Positions 9,500 through 20,681 of a DNA stretch of 23,071 nucleotides are shown one piece after another (position 1 is the stretch's first letter; each line of letters opens with the position of its first letter). This DNA comes from Ginkgo biloba (Eukaryota; Plantae; Ginkgophyta). The translations under genes were made by a program, and so were the position numbers. The DNA lies in NCBI GenBank assembly GCA_024626585.2, contig JANKJI020000005.1, positions 738,269 through 761,339 of the forward strand, in the 5' to 3' direction. The notes under the pieces were generated by a model. It was not told the DNA's origin. It worked only from the letters and a program-made list of their open reading frames with translations, and did no database searches.

Positions 9500-12400
9500 A
9501 CACACACAAGCACACATGTTGAGCATGTGTGCACACGTGCACACACACTCTCTAAAACATACCCATAGCAAATAGTTGCCACAAATATTCTTTGAATATT
9601 AATTGTATTAATTCTTAGCAATATTTTAATAATATCCCTCGATATATTTTTTATTCTTGAAATTATTATATTTTATTATAATCTAATCATAGTTTAGTAT
9701 TGACCCAACTATGGTTAAACATTTAGTTGTTCCTAATTAAGTATAAAACCATAGTTTAGTATTGGATTGATTATGGCTAAGTATTTAGTTGACCATGGTT
9801 AAGTTTGGAAGTTAAACCGCTTAATCTTATAGATATTATATAGATTGATAATATTGTAATCTAACCAAAGTTAAGTATTATCCAACCTTGGCCTTGTATT
9901 GAGTTAACTATAGCTAAGCATTGAGTTGATGATGGTTAAATACTAAGCTAATTGCAATAATATTTCTTAATATTTTATGATTATTATTTCATTATATCTA
10001 TATCTATACTATATATCTAAAAAAATTGGAATTTACATCCATCCATCCATCCGTAAATTATATTCAATAAAATTTTGAATTCCATCACTAAAGTAGGCCA
10101 GAAACTTGACTTTATGATGGTGGACTAACANNNNNNNNNNNNNNNNNNNNNNNNNNNNNNNNNNNNNNNNNNNNNNNNNNNNNNNNNNNNNNNNNNNNNN
10201 NNNNNNNNNNNNNNNNNNNNNNNNNNNNNNNNNNNNNNNNNNNNNNNNNNNNNNNNNNNNNNNNNNNNNNNNNNNNNNNNNNNNNNNNNNNNNNNNNNNN
10301 NNNNNNNNNNNNNNNNNNNNNNNNNNNNNNNNNNNNNNNNNNNNNNNNNNNNNNNNNNNNNNNNNNNNNNNNNNNNNNNNNNNNNNNNNNNNNNNNNNNN
10401 NNNNNNNNNNNNNNNNNNNNNNNNNNNNNNNNNNNNNNNNNNNNNNNNNNNNNNNNNNNNNNNNNNNNNNNNNNNNNNNNNNNNNNNNNNNNNNNNNNNN
10501 NNNNNNNNNNNNNNNNNNNNNNNNNNNNNNNNNNNNNNNNNNNNNNNNNNNNNNNNNNNNNNNNNNNNNNNNNNNNNNNNNNNNNNNNNNNNNNNNNNNN
10601 NNNNNNNNNNNNNNNNNNNNNNNNNNNNNNNNNNNNNNNNNNNNNNNNNNNNNNNNNNNNNNNNNNNNNNNNNNNNNNNNNNNNNNNNNNNNNNNNNNNN
10701 NNNNNNNNNNNNNNNNNNNNNNNNNNNNNNNNNNNNNNNNNNNNNNNNNNNNNNNNNNNNNNNNNNNNNNNNNNNNNNNNNNNNNNNNNNNNNNNNNNNN
10801 NNNNNNNNNNNNNNNNNNNNNNNNNNNNNNNNNNNNNNNNNNNNNNNNNNNNNNNNNNNNNNNNNNNNNNNNNNNNNNNNNNNNNNNNNNNNNNNNNNNN
10901 NNNNNNNNNNNNNNNNNNNNNNNNNNNNNNNNNNNNNNNNNNNNNNNNNNNNNNNNNNNNNNNNNNNNNNNNNNNNNNNNNNNNNNNNNNNNNNNNNNNN
11001 NNNNNNNNNNNNNNNNNNNNNNNNNNNNNNNNNNNNNNNNNNNNNNNNNNNNNNNNNNNNNNNNNNNNNNNNNNNNNNNNNNNNNNNNNNNNNNNNNNNN
11101 NNNNNNNNNNNNATATTAACAAGATGATATCTTATGGAAATTATTTTCCATGGGTATGTACTAGTATTAATCTAATTATAGTTGATTTTGAGGTAATTAT
11201 AATTAGATATTAGTCCAACCATGATTAAGTATTGAAATAACCATTTTTTCAGTACTAAGCTAATCGTTTTTATGTATGTGTATAAATGGCATGTCACTTA
11301 ACCATAGTTAGTATTAAGTTAAATATGGTTAAGTATTGAGTCAATAATAGGCAAGCATTAAATAAACCAAAATTAAAAATAGGTTTCGATGGGTGGCCTC
11401 TTAATTACACACACATGTGTGCACTCGTACATACCCTTAGTAAATAAATGCCATTAAATATTATTTTGTTAACATTTTAATTATAGTTTAATAGTAAGTT
11501 GATCTAATAATAGTAAGTATTGAATCAACCATAGTTAGGTATTAAGCTAACCATGATCAAACATGGGTCTCAATAGTAAAACACTTCTTTTTTGGTTTGT
11601 ATTGTTGTATATATTACTACAATATTAATATTTAAATAAGGATTGGTGTATATTTTATTAAATAGTTAATTTTAAAATCTAATCTAAGAAGCAATGGGTG
11701 GATGGTCTTTTTAAAACCCCCTTTTTAATTATATAATAGTGTGTGCATCTATGTATTTAACCATCTATCTATATATACACACATATGCAAACAAATAAAT
11801 ACATACATATATGTGTATTTATATCTATGTATCTTTGTATATGTGTGTGTTATAGACACTAGTACATATTCGTGAAATATTATTTTATTAATATTTTGAC
11901 AACATTTTAATATAATAATTATAAGAATTAAGTCACCCATAGTTAATTATTGACCTAACTACAATAAAAAATGGGTTCAAGTAATTATACACTTCTTTTG
12001 GATTGATTGTTGTATATTTTGTTATCAGAGTGAATACACTTGGGTTGGATTGATATAAATTTTATCAATCTAATCCAAGTTAAATTTTAAGCCAATAAGA
12101 AAAGGGTAGATGGTCTTATTAAAAAGTCTTTTTTATATATAATAATGTGTGCATGCATGCACAAGCACACACGTCTATGTGTTTTGTACTATATTTTAAT
12201 AAATCTTATGAAAAATAAAGACCATCCATGCTCTTATGGATAAACATAATTGATTAATGACTTATTGAAGAAGATACAATACTAAAAAGAAAAGGGACCA
12301 ATAGGAAGCCAAGTGTCCATCCACCCATCTATATGTATAAAAAAATTAAATCATNNNNNNNNNNNNNNNNNNNNNNNNNNNNNNNNNNNNNNNNNNNNNN

Positions 12401-13250
12401 NNNNNNNNNNNNNNNNNNNNNNNNNNNNNNNNNNNNNNNNNNNNNNNNNNNNNNGGATAAACATAATTGATTAATGACTTATTAAAGAAGATATAATACT
12501 AAAAAGAAAAGGGACCAATAAGAAGCCAAGTGTCCATCCACCGATCTATATGTATAAAAAAATTTAAATCATTAAAACTGTAATCTTTATCATTAACTAT
12601 TGTAGGCTCCATACTTAATCATGGTCAACTTAATACTCAACTTTGGCTAGATAAAAAATTATAATTAATATTAAAATATCTATAGTCTATGCATGTACAT
12701 AAATACTAGGTATCTATCTAATCGAGCCAATAGTTAACTGTGGTTAGTTTAATACTTGACTATGCTTATGACCATACTTAATTAGGGTTGGGTTAATAAT
12801 TAACTATAGCGAGTGACTTATATATCAAAACTCTATACAAAATATGGAATAAGCATCCATTTGATTATACCCTTGCATAATTATTGTAGTTAAATGCCTA
12901 AGAATTATTTGGTTAATACTTAATTGTAGATAATTCGATACTCGATAGTGGTTGAATTAATAAATATATGTAAACTCTATATTTAAAAGATAAATATCCA
13001 TTTAAATGGGCCCACATTTAACATAGTTAGCTCAATACTTAACAATGATTAAGTCAATACTTGTACCTGCAACTATTCTTAGATTAAATTAAATATTACT
13101 ATAAAATATTAACAAAATAATCTCTAATGGCAATTATTTGTGATAGATGAGTATTAGTATCTATCTATATAAGTATACACTAATGGCATATAATTGCCAC
13201 AAAATATTATTTTGATCTAGTAATAGTTAGTATTGAGTTAATAATACTTA
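9500..13250. repeat. Degenerate AT-rich repeat patchwork: ~22-bp unit (approx. AACCATGGTTAAGTATTGAGTT) nested in ~400-bp modules, in both orientations
   Basis: Forward runs occur at ~9685-9950, ~11215-11370 and ~11505-11565; reverse-complement runs at ~12610-13065. Block ~11563-11750 resembles ~11971-12155. Block ~11430-11490 recurs inverted at ~13090-13150. Confidence 0.7.
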
Positions 13251-13405
13251 TGTATGGGTTTAAATTATTGGATGTTTATTTTTTATTTTGATTAATATAT
13301 AGTTCATTTTTAATATTAGTAACATATTTAAGTTGGATTAGTGTTTGGATAGGTGTATATTTAAGTTGAATGGATGGGATTTTCTAAGTCTTATTTTTAT
13401 ATAGA

Positions 13406-13421
13406 TGTGTGTGTGTGTGTG
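13406..13421. repeat. (TG)n microsatellite
   Basis: 8 TG units read directly. Confidence 0.85.
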
Positions 13422-14399
13422 AAAATAAAATTTTCATCTATTAGTCAACCTATCTCCCATATAAACCTATGTGATGGCAAACCTCCATGACGACTTTAAT
13501 TACCTTTGTGATGGTGGGCCCATGTCCATGTTGAATTTGATTATCTGTGTAATGGTAGACCTATTTCTACCCACTATTTTCATGATGGTGGATCCATGTC
13601 GATCCACAATCTTCATGGTGGTGGATTGTCATGGATCTGCCATCAAAGAGGTAATTAAAGCTAACATAGATATGCATCCACTAAGAGGGTTGATGAGACA
13701 ATTAAATTAGTAATTTTTTATATATAATGGGTGTGTGTATGTGCGCACACATATGTGTATCTGTACTATTCTATGAAAAAAATAAAGATCCATCGATGAC
13801 CTTCCATAAAAATCTATCCATGACCTTCCACCCTCCTTAATTTGATTTCATTAACAATCATCTTAAATGAATGTGAGGTCAAGTTTGACAAGGGGGATAA
13901 AAAAAACATTAAATATACCTTCAAATTAAGTTTTCACGAATTAATTCTACTTATTTTTCAAATCGTGGTTGATTATTTAAACCCAATCCTTCATTCCACT
14001 TTTCCATATGTCTCTTACTATTTTGCATAGTTTATTTTCTTTGATTACACTTGCAAATTAAGAAGGCAACATATACTTAAGATTTCATATTTATTAATAG
14101 GTAGATCTAAGTGCTTATAAGATTAAAAAATTCCCTAGAGTTTTGAAAGATGGACAGTGTACTAATGGGATGAGGCACCATGCTAGGCATGAGCTATCTT
14201 TTGGAATATCTAAATGATTGACATGTTATTTACTATAAGTCTTAATCAAATAATCTAAACTTGAAACCTGAGAGCTAAACATACAACTATTCTACATTTC
14301 TACATTAACGTGCAAGTTCAAGCCACTCATTTATCTAAACACATAATCTTCTTCATTTGGCAATTACAAGTTTGAAAAGTCCAACTTCAAACTCTAAAT

Positions 14400-15750
14400 A
14401 ATACAATATGTGAAAGTGGAACCAATGTTGATGACAATAATAGTCCAACCATACTTTTGATCCAACTTCTATTTTACATGTTATAGCATAACCCCACCCT
14501 CTCTTCTTCTCTACTACATCTTAAAAAACACGTTGCCAACTGCCAAAGGGGAGGAGTCGAAGGAACAACATCCCTAGAACCAAAAATATAAGTCCATTAA
14601 ACTATAGAGAATTAGGGTATCTTATGCCCATTGCCATGATAATTCATTTAATTTCCAAAGTTGGAAAAACCCATTGTTAGATTGTTATCAATCTAACAGC
14701 AAAATTTGGCCATCTAGCTCTGCAAGGCATATCGAACTCAAATCTTCTTCGATAGAAACTGCCTCCTTTCACACTTCCTCCTCTGCATCCAACACAATTA
14801 TCCTCTTTCTATCACAACGCCTCTTCGCCACAATCCAATATAGCACACTGCTACTCAAATTTAGCTGCAAAAGGCACAATTATTATTGTTTTGTATGGTT
14901 GGGACAATCATAATCGCCTCACTTCCTTCCAAAGCTCTATTGTAGCATTGTAGCCTAAATCAATGTTATAGCATTAAATATCTAGAATTTGGAAACAGAT
15001 ACATGAACACAGTGGCCATTGTTAGTGCGTTGCTAAATTAGTGAAAATAATAGGTTCATCAGATTTGTTGGATCCTCCTGCTAAATCAAACAGAGACCTC
15101 ATAGCTATGAATGAATACCCTCGCTCAAATAGACTCAGAAGTAGATTAGCACCCATCTCATTACAAATCAATTCAATCTGCCCTCTAAATTATCAGAATA
15201 TTTTGTCAGAAAAGAAGCATGTGTTAATACCAATGCTACTCCTATTGTCTTCATGTTGATCGAAGTTGCATTGAATTTTCCACGAAGAATGTTTTATATG
15301 CTAGCTCTGCATCCTTTCTCCACTCTCACAATCCTTAGTCAGTGGGAGAGATGGGTGGTCAAATTTGCATATGATTCTAACTCCACATCCTTCATTGATT
15401 ACAATATTATGGTAAATTCTTTATAATTAGGTCCAATCTTTTTTAGCCTTTCTTGAGAGAAATATTTAATATGTCTTTACCTCAATTTTCTCTGTAATTT
15501 TAATATAATTATAGTTATCCACATCCACCCAAAATTGCGTGCTGCGAACCTCTAGAGTTCTTTTGATAGAAATATGTTAGTTGGTTGGTATCGCACATTA
15601 TTCATTATGTAGCCAATTTTCACTGTTTTCATGAAATAGTGTAGTGTTATATTTGGTGAAGCTGAGGTATCCAATTTCATGGGTGTGATATCTAATTTTA
15701 TGAATGTAGTCTTCGTTCTCTTCCAATGGAAATTCTTTCTCCCCTCCATC
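14400..15750 (-). pseudogene. F-box protein pseudogene with an F-box-associated (FBA-like) C-terminal domain
   Basis: ~14846-14645 reads VLYWIVAKRRCDRKRIIVLDAEEEV*KEAVSIEEDLSSICLAELDGQILLLD**QSNNGFFQLWKLNE, the LYW...I..FD...E....L.EL.G.L.....LW.L pattern of plant FBA domains. NNGHCV...IFNAIT lies near 15025-14965 and YNM*NRSW near 14480. There are multiple stops. The F-box motif itself and the outer boundaries are poorly defined. Confidence 0.65.
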
Positions 15751-16800
15751 TCTGTATCTCTGATTGATAAATTCATTTGCAATGTCACAAGTCATAATAA
15801 ATAAAACAAAGCCATTATGGCGTGCAATACATCATAAGCATCATTATATATAATGCTTAGTCAAACTATTTTTTTGCAAAGGTAGAATAATCATCTCTAT
15901 AGAATTTTTCTTGGCTGCCTACAAAAGTCTCTTAATTGTTCATGCAAGAAATAACTCTCCAAACAAATATTATTTAACACACAATTATTTCATTGTGTCG
16001 ATCGATGTTTAACTAGATGAACCTAAAATAGTATTATATAATATATATTATTGTAAATGGTATATTGTATATTATGTATTATAATACACACACACACAAA
16101 TATATTATATATTTACATATTACCTTTTACATGTTACAATCACCTTAGGATTGCAATGTAAAGTTGACTATGCTATGTAAATAGAAATTTAAAGCATCTA
16201 ATTGTTTAAATGATTTCTTCAAAAGTCTCACAATTTATGAATGAGATCCATGCTCTCATGAAATTACCATACACTAATATTTTTATGATCTATTTAACAT
16301 ATTCCTTTATATCAAGTTCTTTTTGTACATTCATTTGTGGAAAGTAATGTTGAGAATTCCTATTCAATGTATGTAGTCACTCACTACTTACTACTTTCAC
16401 AACTTTTACTTAACAAATTGAATAAATTCTTTAACCTTACATGTATGTGTGTTTTTTAGATCATTAGATGAACTTCCTTCTACCTTTAGACACCACTGCA
16501 TGCCATATGAGTTACATGCCTATAGCTTCTAACCTTTACTTAACTATTCTTTAAGGATAAATTGATCTTAAAAATTTATCTTTTAAACAATAAACAATAA
16601 TTACATTTTAGCAATGTCTATATATTGTTTATACTTTAAATGATCAACTAATTGTGGCAAACTTATCTAATGTATAAATAAATTTGTGCAAATTTCCTTT
16701 ATTATGTTTTAACCTAATGATTTTCAACTATTATAAATTATCAAGATGTTGTTATGGCACTAATTTGCATAGGTTTATACACACACATACATACGACTAT

Positions 16801-16826
16801 ATAGATAGCTAGATAGATAGATAGAT
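16801..16826. repeat. Imperfect (GATA)n microsatellite
   Basis: atagatagctagatagatagatagat read directly. Confidence 0.8.
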
Positions 16827-19800
16827 CTAGAACCCAGAATGTGTATAGTAGGAGCAGAATTTAAAATTTTCGATTTGCCACTCAATCTGTACAAACCATC
16901 CATCCGAGTACCTTCCAATACAACTTGATTTTCTTTATTTCGAATTATACATTTGCNNNNNNNNNNNNNNNNNNNNNNNNNNNNNNNNNNNNNNNNNNNN
17001 NNNNNNNNNNNNNNNNNNNNNNNNNNNNNNNNNNNNNNNNNNNNNNNNNNNNNNNNGTCATATGGTCTTTACATTACAATTCGCATTAAAGAAAAGTAAG
17101 TCATGAAAGAAATTTGCTACCAATAAAGTAAATCCATTCCATAAGATATTCACCATGTCATATTACATAAATCACAAAATGTTTGATTAAAGCAAATTAG
17201 CATTAAATTTTGTGCAACCTCCCATATGCAGTACATAGTATATTTCAAGTGATGGCTTAGCTTTTGGAGAGTTACACAAGATAAAATGTTGGTTTGAATA
17301 ATAGAATGAATAACGATATTCATGATGACTCACTTTTTATCTCGCGTGAGATTTAAATATGTGCCAATAGTGAATGCCAATGCTTTTCATCAAGTTGGCT
17401 AACCTTTGCACCAAGAATAAGACTTTTACTTTCAAAGGGGATATCTATAATATTTACTTAATAATTAAGGTAGGCTTTAGAAATTACTTAGTCTTTTTAA
17501 AAGTATTAAGATTATAAATGGTTATTAGTGTACTTTACCATGAGATGCTTGTTTTCTATTAACAAATATCTTTGAGGGTTGTTAAACACAACATCATTTC
17601 AACTCTACATTAGTCATTAAATTCAAAAGTTTGTGTTTGTCAAAAGAATATCTTAGATTTGAAAATTATTTTATTGATAAAATAGGAATGTCACCAAAGG
17701 ACCATAAAAGAGATGGTTAATGAACTTGGCATAGAAAGTGAATGCAAGGCCCACTTTGCATTGGTTGTCAATCGTAGGTGAGTTAATATGTTTAAATACA
17801 ATACAATTAAATTAAAGATTAGTTGTGGTGGTTTATATACAATTAAAATTAAAAAGTTAATTTTAAGTGGCCCTCACATTGATTGCTACGCTATAAATTA
17901 ATTAATTAATTCTACCCACTGCATAGAATTTTGAACACGATAAGATTTTGTCTCATACAACATTTAGGATCTCGATTCATCTTGCCAAGTGAATTCTAAT
18001 AATGTGGATGCCTAGGGAAAGCCCACAGGACTTGCTCACCTCACGTACTTTAAGTTTGAACTTAATTAAGACATACTTGACTGCTTAATCGCCATTGTTA
18101 AGGGTGCATTGATTAGGTTTGGAGAGTTCCTACTAAAGAATGGAGTTATAGTCTAAGAGCAGTCTCCATGATGATATGTAAAAGGACTTCGGCAGATGAC
18201 AAAGACCAAGCTAGAAGAAATAAATATAATAAGAGGGAGTGTAAGTACAAATCCTCGTTCTTCTGGAAACTAAATTAGATTCAAAGTAAACACAATTGGC
18301 CTGACCAAACATAGAATAAATGCTCCTGAAATTGGTAGATCCACACAACCTATGATGCTGTATAAACCTTGAAAACAATTTNNNNNNNNNNNNNNNNNNN
18401 NNNNNNNNNNNNNNNNNNNNNNNNNNNNNNNNNNNNNNNNNNNNNNNNNNNNNNNNNNNNNNNNNNNNNNNNNNNNNNNNNNNNNNNNNNNNNNNNNNNN
18501 NNNNNNNNNNNNNNNNNNNNNNNNNNNNNNNNNNNNNNNNNNNNNNNNNNNNNNNNNNNNNNNNNNNNNNNNNNNNNNNNNNNNNNNNNNNNNNNNNNNN
18601 NNNNNNNNNNNNNNNNNNNNNNNNNNNNNNNNNNNNNNNNNNNNNNNNNNNNNNNNNNNNNNNNNNNNNNNNNNNNNNNNNNNNNNNNNNNNNNNNNNNN
18701 NNNNNNNNNNNNNNNNNNNNNNNNNNNNNNNNNNNNNNNNNNNNNNNNNNNNNNNNNNNNNNNNNNNCAATGGAATGCAGTCGTTGCTCCACTTGGCAGT
18801 GAATAGAATTGCAATACACTTCGCACTACTAAAGAAGAGAGTGTGGTGAAGGATTTGGGGGATAATTCTTTTAAAAATATATATGAATAAATGAAAAGCT
18901 TATGTTTTAGACGAATGGGTATGTAAAGTTGGTATGTCCAGGGGTTCATCGTCATTTTTAGAACATTTCAATGGTGTCTGACTTTCATAATTGGGCATCT
19001 ATGGACCAGCTGAAAATTATTGCATGGCTAAGGAAAAATGTAAGCTTGTTTTATCAATTAAAAGGAAATATATTGAACCAAGTACGAGTTTAATAATATT
19101 GGTAGAAGTTGCATGGTTACCTTCATCATTGGCATATAGTATGTCTATAACCAGTTAAGAAATCCTTGAATGTGAGAAGGGAATAAATTAGGCACCTGCA
19201 CTTACCTATTAATTAGAAACAGAAAAATGATTAGCTAAATAACTGTATGACAAATACCAAATCTCATGTTTCAATCGTATTTGATCCCTGACGTCCTAGA
19301 AAGAGATGAATTTCTCAGTGTTTCAATGGAAAAAGCACATTCAAATGTTGCCATGTTTAAACTAGGCCTCCATCAAGAAGTTGGAATTGAATTGATCAAC
19401 ATCTTGGAGGTACCAACAGTGGCATATTGAACCGCAAAAGAGGCTTGTAAAACAGAAATGCAGAAGAAAACCACATCTGCTGTTGGAAAAACGAAAACTT
19501 AGAAACCGACATCCAGAAATTAATAAATAAACCAGATATGTGCCATGTAACCAGGCAATGTGAGTGATGCACTGATCTAAAATTCTACTCGGTGATGATA
19601 TTATGACTTTCTTCTATTGCTCTAATATATGATGTAATCTTTTGACTTTAGCAAATGCAGTCTCCTCTGTGAGATACCAATTTCCCAAGAATTGGAGTGG
19701 ATAAAGGGTACCTCATATGATGAAGTTCACCATGTATTAAGCCTGTGAACTAGACTGTTACGTTTAATTCAAGATCATACATCCATGCAAAAATAATGTG

Positions 19801-20467
19801 ATAACAAAAAACCTTTAACCCTTTAACTTTTTTAAACCTCCACCTTGAGATCATATGAACTTTCATATGGCCATGGACTTCAACAATAGAAGGCCAAAAG
19901 TTATGCAAAATAATTTAATTTTTTTAAAAATGATTTTAGGTTTAAAAATTTTGAAAAATGTTGATTCCCCTGCATTCGCCGCTTTCATCCGCCGTTCCGT
20001 GTAGCCGATTCATCCCTGCGACTCCTTTTCTTCGTCTCTGTAGCTTCTTTGAAATTCTTAACAGCATCTTCACTGGCGTTTCTTAGAGCCTCACGCACCT
20101 TGTCATTTGCATGGGATGTGGTTACATCTTTCAATTTATCTACCAAGGTCTCCTTTCCCTGAGAGGTCTCTTCTACTTCGCTTTGTAGGCCACTTCATAT
20201 ATTTATCACCTCCCTTTGTAACAGACTCAATATAAGTAGCAACATCCATTGCCTTTTCTGAAGTTGTACCGGCGGGCCCCTCCATCTGCATTTTTGGCAT
20301 ATATTTTCTCCATGGCAGTGATCTCCGTCCCTCAGAGACACATTATCTTCATCCAGACGACATACTTTTGACCTGTAACAGCAGTTGTGCATCTGGCTAT
20401 TCATTCTATCGCCTTTTTCTCAAGCGGGTTGTTGTTCATTTCTTTGCTCATTCACAGTGTTCTTCTG

Positions 20468-20515
20468 AACTATAATCATGTTTCGAAGGTGGTTTCTCAC
20501 AAGCTCAGTCTTCTC
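20468..20515 (-). pseudogene. RPS15: Short fragment of a cytosolic 40S ribosomal protein S15 (uS19) gene
   Basis: EKTELVRNHLRNMIIV versus recalled plant RPS15 EKPEPVRTHLRNMIIV (13/16 identical). Similarity stops abruptly on both sides. Confidence 0.7.
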
Positions 20516-20681
20516 TATAAAGAAGAATAAAGCATGGCAAAANNNNNNNNNNNNNNNNNNNNNNNNNNNNNNNNNNNNNNNNNNNNNNNNNNNNNNNNNN
20601 NNNNNNNNNNNNNNNNNNNNNNNNNNNNNNNNNNNNNNNNNNTGTGAAAACATACATACATAGATACATAATTAGACAACA

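Noticed and set aside
10112-11122. Long ORFs spanning N runs (also 2918-3486 and 18211-18955)
   Set aside because: Open only because Ns translate as X.
12238-12572. Near-identical ~117-bp direct repeat (12238-12354 and 12455-12572)
   Set aside because: Same pattern around a 100-N gap; probable assembly artefact.
15800-19900. Possible TE or gene remnants in the AT-rich stretch
   Set aside because: I could not recognise any protein motif or terminal structure by eye.
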